Part shown: piece after piece, positions 49,524 to 62,849 of the stretch
Layout: the number at the start of each line of letters is the position of its first letter
How positions within the stretch are numbered: the first letter of the stretch is position 1
DNA from: Heterodontus francisci
Lineage: Eukaryota
DNA length: 64,000 bases
NCBI RefSeq assembly: GCF_036365525.1
Contig: NC_090387.1
Location: forward strand, 88,577,691 to 88,641,690
Direction of reading: 5' to 3'
Notes under the pieces: model-generated
The model's input: only the letters and a program-made list of their open reading frames with translations
Told to the model about the DNA's origin: nothing
The model's database searches: none
Program-made: the position numbers and the translations under genes

Positions 49524-49652
49524 ACCAACCAAAGGTCACCGGGTAATAAACTGACCCAAGCTGCTCTTGATATGACAGGCTTAAAGGGAACAGCAACGCC
49601 TAATTGTAACGACACCAGCACGGAGTTTGCTCAGGTTCGGATGGAAAAGTAA
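49524..49652 (+). CDS. Gene B terminal exon (TNQRSPGNKLTQAALDMTGLKGTATPNCNDTSTEFAQVRMEK*)
   Basis: TTTCACAG acceptor, phase 0, open to TAA 49650-49652. Resembles the ITIM/ITSM-bearing end of SIRP-type tails. Confidence 0.75.
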   Translation, partial: TNQRSPGNKLTQAALDMTGLKGTATPNCNDTSTEFAQVRMEK

Positions 49653-49739
49653 AGAACAGACGTTCTTAATACGCAACGAAATGCCATGTAATATTGCTGT
49701 CCAAAGCGGTGTAGATTTTTCGTGCAAATATGTACTACA

Positions 49740-50097
49740 GGCCCATTAACCCAACATCAATAATTTTGGCAGACAATGTTAATACAGCAAAATCCCACAA
49801 TAGTTAAAATGTCTGATTTGGTAGCCGTTTCAGTGATATTGGTTTAGTGGTAAATATTAGCCAAGGCACCATGTGAATTTCGCTGCTATTCCGCAAATAG
49901 TGTCATGGGATAATTTACCTTGAGAGTCCCGGTGGAATTGGAATAAATGTCTCATCCGAAAGACTGTACATCTGACAATGCAACATTCCACGGTGTTACA
50001 TTGGCATGTTAGCCTAGATTATGAGGTCAAATCTTTGAATGGTCATTGAATTATGAACCTTATGACTCGAAGAGAACAATGTTACTACTGAGCCAAA
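49740..50097 (-). mobile_element. Old Deu-SINE (SacSINE1-like) downstream of the gene B stop codon
   Basis: Minus strand begins TGGCTCAGTAGTAAC (A box) and includes ATAATCTAGGCTAAC and GTCTTTCGGATGAGAC, as recalled for the SacSINE1 consensus. Confidence 0.6.
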
Positions 50098-50244
50098 CGG
50101 GGCACTGGTGAAGAAGATCAAGCACTAGCACATAAGACGAACGTGGTTAGTTTAGAAACACGCTGTGATCTATGAAACCTTAAGTAGTACAAATATCGAA
50201 AATGCAGAATTGAAAATTAATTCAGGAAATAGTACAAGAATGTT

Positions 50245-51680
50245 ATAACAAAAGCAAAATAATGCAGATGATGGAAATCTGAAATAAAAACAAAAAGTGC
50301 TGGAACTGCTCAGCATGTCTAGCAGCATCTGTGGAGAGCGAAGCAAAGTTAACGTTTCAGGTCAGTGACCTTACATCACGACCGGCTAAGGTTAGAAATG
50401 TAGTAAGTTTTAAGCAAATAAAGAAGGGATGGGGCAAAAGAGAACAAAAGGGCAGGTGTTTACAGGGCAGAGGGTTACAGACACTAACTGACAAGGAGGT
50501 CATGGGACAAAGGCAAAGAGTGTGTCAATGGTAAAGTGAAAGACAAAGCGTTAGTTCAGAGAGGGTGTTAAATGACAGAATAATGGACAGCTCTCGACAA
50601 AAGCACAAACATGATAAAAAACAGTGGGCTGGCATATGGTTAAAAAAAATGAGTGGTTAAACAAACTGAAATAAAATAAAAGTAAAAAAAGGTCTGAAAT
50701 TAATGAACTCAGTGTTCTGTCTGGTTGGCTGTAGCGTGCCCAAACGGTAAATGAGATGTTGTTGCTGGAGCTTGCATTCATATTCACTGGAACACTGCAG
50801 CACGCCCAGGACAGAGATGTGGGCATGAGAGCAGGTTCGAGGAGGTGTTGAAATGGCAAGCGACAGGAGCTCAGGGTCATGTTTCTGGACTGAGTGGAGG
50901 CAAGCCACATAGCGGTCACCCAATCTGCGTTTGGTTTCCCCAATGTAGAGGTGGACCACATTGTGAGCAGCGAATACAGTATACTAAATTAAAAGAAGTA
51001 CAAGTAAATCGCTGCTTCACCTGGAACAGGTGTTTGGGGCCTTGGATAGTGAGGAGAGAGGAGATAAAAGGGCCAGTGTTACACTTCCTGTGATTGTATG
51101 ACAAGGTGCCATGGGAAGGAGACGTGATGTCGGGGGTAATGGAGGAGTGGACCATGGTGTTGCGGAGGGAACAGTCCCTTCAGAATGCTGACAGGGGAGG
51201 GGAGGGGAAGGATCTGGTGGCGGGATCACGATGGATGTAGCCAAAACGGCAGAAGATGATCCTTTGGAATTGGAAGCTGGTGGGGATGAATGTGAGGACA
51301 AGGGGAACCCTGTCGTGGTTCTGGGAGGGAGGGGAAGGGGTGAGCGCAGAGGTACGGGAACGGACATGTTTGAGGGGGCGGGGTGGGGGAATCCCCCGCT
51401 TGAGGAAAAAGGAAAACGTAACAGAAGTGCACTTGTGGAAGGTAGCATCATCAGAGCAGATTTGTGGGATGTGGAGAAACTGGTTGAATGGAATGGAGTC
51501 CTTACAAGAGGCAGGGTGTGAAGACGTGTAGTTCAGGTAGCCGTGGGAGCTGGTGGCCTTACAATGAATATTAGTAAACAATCTAATCCTAGAGATGGAG
51601 TCAGAGAAGTCAAGGAAGGGAAGTGTCAGAGATGGACCATGCAAAGGTAAGAGAAGGGTGGAAATTTGAAGCTAAGTTGG
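50245..51680 (-). mobile_element. Penelope-like element (RT C-terminus, GIY-YIG, 3' region)
   Basis: LPFLD...YLNYTSSHPASCKDSIPF.QFL, and FTCTSFNLVYCIRCSQC/LYIGETKRRLGDR. Confidence 0.9.
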
Positions 51681-52559
51681 AAGACAAAATTATTTTTTAT
51701 GTGTTTGCTTATATTGTGCCCTACAGTACTACTTACTGGAATTTCTCTTGAATTCTGCATTCACTCCAACTGTCGTTTTTAATCGTTTATGGATACATGA
51801 GTATAGAATTTAGAAGTAAGTCAAAGAAGTATTCACAGAAGACAAAACATAACTAAACAAATTTTTTAAAAAAGTCCCTTTAAAAATGGAAATAAAATAA
51901 TCCGGTATTTGGAAGTGTTTTACTTTTATTCAGTGGCTGGAAATTTTCTGTAAATTGGGATACAGAATCAAAACATTTAGGTGTACTGTAAATGTTTGTC
52001 CGTGGTCAAATGGGGAAATTGGGTAATTGGGGTGACGAACATCAGGTGGACCAATAGTCTTTTCTGGCCCTTGAATTTTCTTTATGTTTCTATTCTCCAT
52101 CTACTTATTTTCCATTGTTTCACGGTAATTCAAGTGTTAATATCCTGACTTGAATGTGTATTGACATGATGGAATAGACGTATAGACCGTTTTGTCGTAT
52201 TTTGTCGGTTTGTATTATTCATAAATCTTTTGGTAATATTGTTCCATTGCAATAAAGGCTATCACATTCTTCCCTGCTACCTCTTCACGTAAGCTGAGAG
52301 TTATAGTTTTTATGAACATAAATGCATACAAAAATCCTTTTGTTTGCTGAAATGTCAGTTGATCCTGGCTCTGTGATATGCATTCGGCCACACAAACAGG
52401 GAAATGAATTTAGCATCCAACATCTTACAAAGCCTGTGGACATTCATTGTTGGCTGGATTTTTGAATCTAGAATTTCTTCATTCGTCAATACTAAAACCA
52501 TGAAGTAAACGGGAAAACGTAGAGACGGAAATGGGTCCTACACATTATGTTTTATACTT

Positions 52560-55500
52560 TAATGGGATATGAACGTCAGTTGGAAATCCCCAACTGCTCT
52601 TGAGTAGGTTGTGGGAGCCGCCTTCTTGAATCATTGCAGTACACCTGGTATAGTTGCAACCCCTATGCTGTTAGGAAGGGATTTCCAGGTTTCTGAGCCA
52701 GAGACAGTGAAGGAATGGCGATATTATTCCAAATCAGTATGGTGTGTAGCTTGGAAGGGAATTAGAAGTAGTGGTTTATCCAGGGGTCTTCTGGCCATGG
52801 CCTTCGAGATACGGGAGTTTGTGGGTTTGGAAGGTTCTGTCGAAAGAGGTTTAGCGAGTTGCTGCAATGCATCTTGTATAGGTTACACACTGCTGCAATT
52901 GTATGCCAGGGTGGAGGGAGTGAATGTTTCATATTGTGGATGGTGTGCTGTTCAAGTGGGCTGCCTTGCCTTGGATGATGTCGAGCTTGTTGAATGTTGT
53001 TGGAGATGCAAAATGGGGTATTCCATCACACTTCTGACGTGCTGTGTAGATGGTGGACCGGTTTTGGGAAGTCAGGAGTTGAGTTACTTGCCACAGAATT
53101 CTCAGACTCTGAGCTGCTCTTGCACCCACAATATTCGTATGGCTGGTCCAGTTGCGTTTCCGGTTCATGGTAACACGGCATGTTAATGGCAGACGATTCA
53201 TCAATACTAATGCTGCTGAATATCAAGGGAAAATGATTAGATTTTCTTTAGTTGCAGATGGTTATTGCTTGGCACTAGTATGGTACGAATGTTAGTTGCC
53301 ATTTATTAGCCCATGCCTGATTGTTGTCCAGGTATTGCTGCATGTGCACCTGCACTGTTCCATATATGAAGAGTCCGGAATTGTACTGAACACTGCAGAC
53401 ATCAACAAGCATTCCTACTTCTGACTTGATGGTGGAAGGAACATCATTAATGACGCTGCTTAAGATCGCTGAGTCCAGTCCAGTACCCTGAAAAACTGCT
53501 GCATTGATATCCTGGGGCTTAGATATTTCGCTCACAACAACCTCATCCCTGTTTCTTTGTGCTAGGTATGGCTCCAGCCAGTGGAGAGTTTTCCACTGAT
53601 TCCCATTGAATTCATTTTTGCTAGGGCTTCCTGATTCCACACTTGGTTGGCCAAATGTTGGCTTGACGCTAATGGCAGTTACTCTCTCCACACCTCTGGA
53701 ATTCAGCTCTTTGGCCCATGTTTCAATCAAGGCTATAATGAGGTCTAGAGCGGAGTGACCCTGGAAGAACCCAAACTGAACATCAATGAGCAGGTTTTTG
53801 CAATGTGAGTGTTGCGTGATAGCACTGTCGAAACCATGTTGCATCATTTTGCTGATTATCGAGAATAGACGATCAGGGTAGTGATTGGTAGCCAGATTGG
53901 ATTTGTCGTTCTTCTTGAGGGCAGGACATACATGGGTACTTTTCTACAACGTCAGGGAGATGCCAGTGTTATAGGTGTACTGGAATGGCTTGGCCAGGGG
54001 CGCAGTTAATTCTGAAAAACTAATCTTCAGTACGACTGCTGTGTTACCTTTGTTCTATCCAGTGCCTTCAGCCGTTTATGTTTATCACTAGAAGTAAATC
54101 GAATTGCCTGAAGACTGTCAACTGTGATATTTGGGAGCTTAGGAAGAGGCCGAGATGGAGCATCCACTGGGCGCTTCCGGCTGAAGACGGTTCAAAGGAT
54201 TCAGCCTTGTGTTTTTTCACTGACTTTCTGGGCTCTTCCATCTTTGAGGAGTTGTGGAGCATTTTCCACCAGTTAGCTGCTTAGTTGTCCACCACCTTTA
54301 GTAACTGGCAGAACTGCAATACAATTATATGATCCCTTGGTTCAGGGACCGCTTATTTCTGTTCATCGCCTGTTTAGCATGCATGTTATCTTGTGTTGTA
54401 GCCTGGTTGTACGTTGGCACTTCATTTTTAGCAATGCCAGATGCTGCTCCTTGTATGCTCTCCTGCACTCCTCATTGAACCAGGAGTAATTCTGTGGCTT
54501 TATGGATAACAGTAGAGTGAGAAATATGACGGGCTGTGGTTGAGTACAAGTTAGTTTCCGTCTTTGGCTTATAGCACCTCATAGTTGCCCTGTTTTGAGC
54601 TGCTAAATCTGTTCTGAATTGATGCCATTTTACTGGGTGGTACTGCACACAACGTGATGGATGGTATTCTTTGCGAGATTTTGACTCAACAAGGACTATG
54701 CAGTGGTCACTTCGACAAAAGCTGTCATCGACAGATGCGTCTGGAACAGGTAGATTGGTGAGGTCGTGGTGAAGCAGGTTTTTCCCTTTATTTGACCTCT
54801 CAGCAGCTGCCACACGCCCAGCGTGACAATGATGCCCTAGAGGCCGTGGCCAGCTCGGTCTGCAATGGTGTTACAGAGCCATTCTTGGGGATGGGCATCG
54901 ATGTCCTCCACCCAGAGTACATTATGTGCTTTTGCCAAGTTGTGTTCAACATGGAGGAGTGTAGATTCATCAGCTTTGGGAAGCATTACATTGCAATCAA
55001 CAGGTGATTTCCTTGCTCATGTTCGACTTGATGCCATGAAGTTTCATGGGGTCCAGAGACAAAATTGAGGCCTCCCAGGGGCCTTCTCTCCCGACTACAT
55101 CACACCACTGTGCTGTCACTCTGGTGGGTCACTCCTGCCGGCGGGATAAAGAACAAAGAACAAAGAACAGTACAGCACAGGAACAGGCCATTCGGCCCTC
55201 CAAGACTGCGCGGATCTTGATGCCTGCCTAAACTAACACCTTCTGCACTTCCGGGGCCCATATCACTCTATTCCCTTCCTATTCATGGATTTGTCAAGAT
55301 GTCCCTTAAACATCGCTATCGTATCTGCTTCCACCACCTCCCCTGGCAGCAAGTTCCAGGCACTCACCACCCTCTGTGTAAAGAAACTTGCCTCGCACAT
55401 CCCCTCTGAACTTTGCCGCTTGCACCTTTAACCTATGTCCCCTAGTAACTGACTCTTCCACCCTGAGAAAAAGCTTCTGACTATCCACTCTGTCCATGCC

Positions 55501-58155
55501 ACTTATAACTTTGTAAACCTCTATCATGTCGCCCCTTCGTCGGTTCCAGTGAAAATAATCCGAGTTTTTCCAACCTCTCCTCAGAGCTAATGCCCTCCAG
55601 ACCAGGCAACATCCTGGTAAACCTCCTCTGTACCCTCTCCAAAACCTCCACGTCCTTCTGGTAGTGTGGCGACCAGAATTGCACGCAATATTGTAAGTGT
55701 GGCCTAACTAAGGTTCTGTACAGCTGCAACATGACTTGCCAATTTTTATACTCTATGCCCCGTCCGATGAAGGCAAGCATGCCATATACCTTCTTGACTA
55801 CCTTATCCACCTGCGTTGCCACTTTCATTGACCTGTGGACCTGTACGCCCAGATCTCTCTGCCTGTCAATACTACTAAGGGTTCTGCCATTTACTGTATA
55901 CCTCCCACCTGCATTAGACCTTCCAAAATGTATTACCTCACATTTGTCCGGATTAAACTCCATCTGCCATTTCTCCGCCCAAGTCTCCAACCGATCTATA
56001 TCCTGCTGTATCCTCTGACAATCCTCATCATTATCCACAACTCCACCAACCTTTGTGTCATCCGCAAACTTACTAATCAGACCAGCTACATTTTCCTCCA
56101 AATCATTTATATATACTACAAACAGCAAGGGTCCCAGCACTGATCCCTACAGAACACCACTAGTCGCATTTCTCCATTCAGAAAAACACTCATCCACTGA
56201 TACCCTCTGTCTTCTATGACTGAGCCAGTTCTATATCCATCTTGCCAGCTCACCTCTGATCCCGTGTGACTTCATCTTTTGCACCAGTCTGCCATGCAGG
56301 ACCTTGTCAAAGGCTTTACTAAAGTCCATATAGATAACATCCACTGCCCTTGCTTCATCAATCATCTTCGTCACTTCCTCAAAAAACTCAATCAAATTAG
56401 TAAGATACGACCTCCCCTTCACAAAACCATGCTGTCACTTGCTAATAAGTTTGTTTGTTTCCAAATGGGAGTTAATCCTGTCCCGAATAATCCTCTCTAA
56501 TAGTTTCCCTAACACTGACGTAAGGCTCACCGGCCTATAATTTCCTGGATTATTCTTGCCACCATTATTAAACAAAGGAACAACATTGGCTATTCTCCAG
56601 TCCTCTGGGACCTCACCTGTAGCCAATGAGGATGCAACGATTTATGTCAAGGCCCTGGCAATTTCCTCCTTTGCCTCCCTCAGTATTCTGGGGTAGATCC
56701 CATCAGGCCCTGGGGACTTATCTACCTTAATGCTTTGCAAGACACCCAACACCTCCTCCTTTTTGATAATGAGATGACTGAGACTATCTGCACTCCCTTC
56801 CCTAGGCTCATCATCCACCAAGTCCTTCTCTTTGGTGAATACTGATGCAAAGTACTCATTTAACACCACGCCCATTTCCTCTGGCTCCACACATAGATCC
56901 CCGTCTCTGTCCTTGAGTGGGCCAACCCTTTCCTTGGATAATCTCTTGCTCTTCATTTATGTATAAAAAGCCTTGGGACTTTCCTTAATCCTGTTTGCCA
57001 ATGACTTTTCATGACTCCTTCTAGCCCTCCTAACTCCTTGCTTAAGTTCATTCCTACTGTCTTTGTATTCCTCAAGTGCTTCATCTGTTCCTAGCCTTCC
57101 AGCCCTTACAAATGCTTCCTTTTTCTTTTTGACTAGGCTCACAATATCCCGTGTTATCCAAGCTTCCCGAAACTTGCCAAACTTGTCTTTCTTCCTCACA
57201 GGAACATGCTGGTCCTGGATTCTAATCAGCTGATGTTTGAATGACTCCCACATGTCAGATGTTGATTTATCCTCAAACAGCCGCCCCCAATCTAAATTCT
57301 TCAGGTCCTGCCTAATATTGTTACAATTAGCCTTCCCTCAATTTAGCACCTTCACCCGAGGACTACTCTTATCCTTATCCACAAGTACCTTAAAACTTAT
57401 GGAATTATGGTCACTGCTCCCGAAATGCTCCCCTACTGAAACTTCGACCACCTGGCCGAGCTCATTCCTCAATACCACGTCCAGAATGGCCCCATCCAAT
57501 AGTTGGAGTATCTACATACTGTTTCAAGAAGCCCTCCTGGATGCTCCTCACAAATTCTGCCCCATCCAAGCCCCTAGCACATGGTATGGCGCTGGAGGTG
57601 TCTGAGACTTTTGCAGCAAAGTATGATTCAGTGAGTATGAATATGCCAAGCTGTTTCTTTACAATTCTGTGGACAACTCTCCCAACTTTGGCAAAAGTTC
57701 CCAGATGTTAGTAAAGAAGAATAAGCAGGATGGAATGGAAAGCGTATGCCACTGTGGCATCTGGTGCCAAGGTCAATATCAGGTGGTCTGTGTGGTTTTA
57801 TTGTTCCTCGACCTTTCATCAGCAGTTTGGTACAACTGAATGTTTTGCCAGGCCAAATTAGAGGGAAGTTAAGAGGCAATCACATTGCTGTGTGTCAGGA
57901 GTCACGTCTATGCCAGGCCGGGTACATACAACAGATTTCCTTCCCTAAAGGACATTAGCAAACCAGTCGTTTATTTTTTTTTTGACAATCCAGCAGTTTC
58001 ATGACCACCATTACTGAGACTAGTTTTTAATTCCAGATTTATTAATTAATTGAATTTAAGTTCAGTAGCTGCCGTGGTGCGAGTTGAACTCATGGCCTCC
58101 AAGCATTGGTTGGGGCCTCTGGATTACCAGTACATGAACATTACCACTATCCCGG
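52560..58155 (-). mobile_element. Long decayed second-family LINE, split by a CR1 at 55147-57580
   Basis: QFGFFQGHSALDLI, WANKWQLTF, RSDHCIVLVE and 5' region at 57590-58150. Confidence 0.75.
55147..57580 (-). mobile_element. Moderately young CR1 LINE (a few stops and frameshifts)
   Basis: Consecutive ORFs 57253-55481 homologous to 4454-7138 (ISKFADDTK). (TTCTTTG)n tail. Confidence 0.93.
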
Positions 58156-58929
58156 CTTCTCCCATCATTCCATTTGATCCACACAAAAGGGTACACAAAT
58201 TAAAAGAGAAACCCATAGGTTAGTGCTTTTAATTATCTTTCATTTTTCTAAACAAAACCTCCATTAAAACATATAACATTCATTCCAGTATCTCATGCAG
58301 AGACTGTGTTGGTTGGTTTATCGAACAATTGTGAGATAAATTTGCCTCCTTGCCCAAGGTAACAAAGTCTTGACGATTCCACAAAGTTGCTGACAGAAAT
58401 GCCCTGATTGGTTGTTGTAATGGCATCTAACCATTCCCTGCGATGTTATCCATTGATAGCATGATCACTGGCTTAAAAGTGTAAACTTCTAGTACTGGCG
58501 AGGTACTACCATGAAACGCGTCCGAGATGCATTGCATGGTGCAATATGTTGTTTGATGAGTTGCGGTTAAAAAGTGCGCAATATTGTAACATTACAAAGG
58601 CTGATCCAGCGGTCGGGCATGCCAATCTAGGGTCCGCAGTGCTTGATGTTTTCATCAAATAAGTTTAAAAGGCAGCGGAACAGACATTATGGGCTTCAAA
58701 TTTTCTGGTCAGCATCCCCTACGGCCACTCTTCAACCCCTGGAGCACTGAAAGAGATAAATTAGCCCCCGCGTGCATTTCAGGAGAAAACTCCGTGCAGG
58801 GCTCTAACTATGGTTGCAGGTTTATCCTGCAGGACGTAGTTTTGGTTTGACGAGATAGTTTCAAATTTTCAAGAGAGGTCAGATAGAACACCACGAAGTA
58901 GGAGAACGATTGCCTTTATCCAGAGCCTT

Positions 58930-59445
58930 TTTAAGACATCATGACTTTGCATGCAACGAAATGCACACGAAACATCATTGTTGTCACGGAGAAATCACAA
59001 CGGCCAATGTAAACACAGCAAGGTCCCACAAACAGTGATTCAATAATCTCCTTCAGTGATATTGACTGAGGAAGATAGGGGAAAAAACTGCATTTATACC
59101 TCGTCTTACATGACACCACTATGTTCCAAAGCTCTTTACTGCCAATAAAACACTTTTGAAGTGTGGTCACTGCATTTGTGTAGGAAACCCGACAGCCAAT
59201 TTGTGCTCAGCACAGTCTCACAAGGGCAATGATATTATAACCAAAAAATCAGTTTTTTGTGGAATTGGCTGAGGAAGCAGGTTATCCCTTTATTCAGTAG
59301 TGTTATGAAATATTTGCAACCACCTATCATGCCATGCCCTGCTCTGGCTCAATCCTCCATCCTGAAGATCGCATTTGTTAAAAATAGCAAACATTCAGAC
59401 TGCGCTGGAATGTCCGCCAGATTTTGGGCTCACATTTGTGGTTAC
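58930..59445 (-). mobile_element. Old Deu-SINE-like fragments (tandem)
   Basis: Similar to 49740-50097. Internal partial duplication of the tail. Confidence 0.45.
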
Positions 59446-59464
59446 AGATTTTAATAATCTAATT

Positions 59465-60465
59465 ATTGAAAGTTTATGGCATAGAAAGAGGCCACTTCGT
59501 CCGTCGTGTCTGTGCCAGCCAAAGAAAAACGATCCACCCATTCGAATGCCACCTTCCAGCATTTGGTCTGATAGCTCTGCAGACTACGGCACTTGAGGTG
59601 CATATCCAGACTCCTTTTGAATGAGGTTTCTGCCTCAACTACCCTTTCTGGCAGTGAGTTCCAGACTCCCAAAACACTTTGGGCGAAAAGAAAAAGTTTC
59701 CTCATCTCCCCTATAGTTTTTCTACCAATAACTTTAAATCTATTCCCCTGGTCACTGACTTCTCTGCCAAGGTAAACAAAGCCCTTCGCCTCCACTCTAT
59801 CCAATGCCCTCTCAATTTAATGCATTTCAATCAGAACCACCACCCCCCCCCCCCCCCGCCCACCTTCTCTGTTTCAAGGAGAACAATGTCAGCCTAGCCA
59901 ATCTTTCCACATAGATGCATTTTCCCAGTCCCGTAAATTTCCTCTGTACCCTCTCTAGTGCAATTGCATCCTTTCAGCAATGAGTACTCAAGTTGTGGCC
60001 TAACCAATGAGTTATACAGTTCCAGCATTACATCCTTGCTCATGTACTGTATACCTCGGCTAATAAAGGAAAGAATTACATATGTCTTTCTAACCACATT
60101 ATCGACCTGTCCTGCTACCTTCAGGGACATTCACTTCAAGATCCTTCATTTTCTCGACACTTCTCAGTATTTCCCATCAATCCTGTATTCCTTTGCCTTG
60201 TTTGACCTCCCCGAATGCATCACCTCATATTTCTCCAGGTTGAATTTCATTTGCCATTTTATTTTTGCCCATCTGACCAGACCATCAATATCATTCTGCA
60301 GACTGCAGCTATCCTCCTTGCTATCGACCACATGTCCAATATTGGTGTCCTCTGCAAGCTCCTTGATCAAGCTCCCCCCGCCCCCCGCCCACATTTACGT
60401 CCAAAACGTTAATATATACCACAAAAAGCAGGGGGCCCAGTACTAAGTCCTGCGGAACGCCACGA
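59465..60465 (-). mobile_element. CR1 3' fragment
   Basis: ELAEDTNIG, KWQMKFNLEKYEVMH, LVRPQLEY and VLGVWNSLPERVVEA. Confidence 0.85.
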
Positions 60466-61919
60466 CTATTGATCAAATGCGATGTTTTGCGTCACCAGCA
60501 CATACCAGAACTCTTTCGTCTTCATGTGTAGGTGGCTGTTATTATGTAGATTAATGGGATACATTAAATGTTTGTTTTCTGCTTTTGATGGCTTTGTTTT
60601 ACATCTGCACTCCGGGAAATGTCTCATTCTCCTCATGATCCTGCCATGGTGATTTGTACGTCCATTAGAATCTCAGAGGGGTAGTGGGAAGCACGGCTAA
60701 GATACTGTTCAAAAGACGCCACATTTGACAAATCAGCAGAACCAGTATAGCAGTAGATATGATGAATAAAGACGTTATGTTAAAGTGTTGAGCAGGATAA
60801 GTGTCCAATTACACAGAGAAAGTGAAACCTATCTATTAAGTTAGTTTGACACGAACAGTTATGCACGCGCCAGGCCGCAGAGTTTTATGGCTCTGAAAGA
60901 ACCTTTTGTCAACCGTGAGTGTTTATTATAGGAAAAGTTTTATACTTAGAAGGTTTATGGAGTTTTACCGAAGAAATATATAACTTAAAATCGATACTTT
61001 TCTAAATAGTGAACGACATCCCACAAAAATTGTTTCCATCAGTTCAGTCCAGATATAAACATTGCACCTTCTCTCAGTTAACAAATCCAGTCCCTGTGTA
61101 TAAAAACCTGGCAGTGCGTTTCAGTCATTTTTCCAAACCAAGCTTCTTTTCGGTGATCTGATCATCTATCACATATCAAAATATTGGCATTCTTCTGATT
61201 GTTCATTCGTTAAGATGCTGTACGTGCGCATTTGCATTTATGTGGGCTTTTTCCCCACCTTCTTTGAGCAATTCTCAAAATTATTTTTTTCCGCAATCTT
61301 TGACGCTCAGCACCCTGCACCCGGGGTGAGAAGGGTTTGTCATGGTTCTGGAAGGATGGTTGCATGCGTTTCTGCTCAGGGTTATTGGTCTAAATTTGTG
61401 TGCGACTTCATTAGGGAATGCTTATATCTGAAACGTACTGCAGCTAGCGGTAACATAAAAGTCATCATTCTAAAGTGCCCTCTAAAGATACATGACTGAA
61501 GAGCAATAGTTGTCTCTCATCTACCGGCGTGCAAGAGTTAAATAGCGTCTGTTTTCCTGATCGCGTGCACAGCATGACACGACATAATCTGACGTTTTAA
61601 CAAAACTGTGATACGGTTTCTATTGACCGGAAAGGTGTTGTCCAACCGTTATCATCTTATCGCTGTTTGCGAGTACATGATGAAGCGATTCTGTTCAGCT
61701 CTCGAAAAACAACATTGAATGTATTGCAACATAACGGAAACAAGACATTTGGTTAGCAAATCTGTTTGCACACCGCCTTTCACTATAAGCTTGATAACTC
61801 ATTTATGTAAATTCACTGGGATAAGCTTTATTGTGACCGACAGCGAGTTTGTCATTTTAATGGCGAACAGACAATTGAACTATTAGATCTGCTCAATGGC
61901 AGCGTCCGATTCAAAGGAA

Positions 61920-62835
61920 TGAGGGGGTCCTGGGGGGTGATCATTGTCCAGAAACTGAAGTGGACCAGCCACATAAATGCTGTGGCTACAAGAGCAGGTC
62001 AGAGGTTAGGGATTCTGCGGCGTGTAACTCACCTCCAGGTTCCCCAATGCCTGTCCACCATCTACAAGGCACAGGTCCGGAATGTGATGGAATACCCTCT
62101 ACTTTCTGGATGGGTGTAGCTTCAACAACACTCAAGAAGCTCGACACAATCCAGGACAAAGCAGCCCCCTTTATTGTTACCCGAGATACCAGTTTCAACA
62201 TTCACTCCCTCCACGGTCTTTCTTGAAGGACATGCGTGAACCAAATGTTTTTTCCACCATCCGTGAGTTTCAGGGACTCCATCTGGTAATTGAATTAGTA
62301 AATTTGAATTCCTCAGTTGCTTCCGAACATTTGACCTCGTGCGTCCGGGTCGTTCGTTCAGGCATTTGGATTACTATACCTGTGGCTCGTCTATTATGCA
62401 CTATTTTGCTTTTTGGAGACTAAACATAGATTGGGTGACCATCTCCGTTTAGTCCGCAAGTGTGCCGCACAGTTGAAGCAGTGTGCAGCATCCACAAGAT
62501 GCACTGCAGCAACTCACCAAGGCTCCTTTGCACAGCACCTTCCAAACCCGTGACCTCTACCACTTAGAAAGACAAGGGCAGCAGATGCACAGGAAGACCA
62601 CCACCTGCAAGTTCCCCTCCAAGTCACACACCCTCCTGATTTGGAACTATATTGCCGCTACTGCACTCACCCTGGGTCAAAATCCTGGAACTCCCTTCCT
62701 AATAGCACTGTTCGTGTACTACGAAGGACTACAGCGGATCAAGATTGCAGCTCACCACCACCTTCTTAAGGACAATAAGGGGCGGGCAAAAGATGCTGGC
62801 AGAGACAGCGACGCCTGCATACCTCAAACGAATAA
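61920..62835 (+). mobile_element. Second-family LINE 3' fragment containing an inverted templated insertion
   Basis: KLKWTSHIN...LSTIYKAQVRNVMEY, with AATAAA-type tail at about 62831. Confidence 0.8.
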
Positions 62836-62849
62836 ATAAATAAGAAAGT

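Noticed and set aside
39225-49652. Assigning the symbol SIRPA, NCR3 or UrIg
   Set aside because: The single C1 domain, TM Arg and decayed tail match none of these exactly, and orthology needs phylogeny and synteny.
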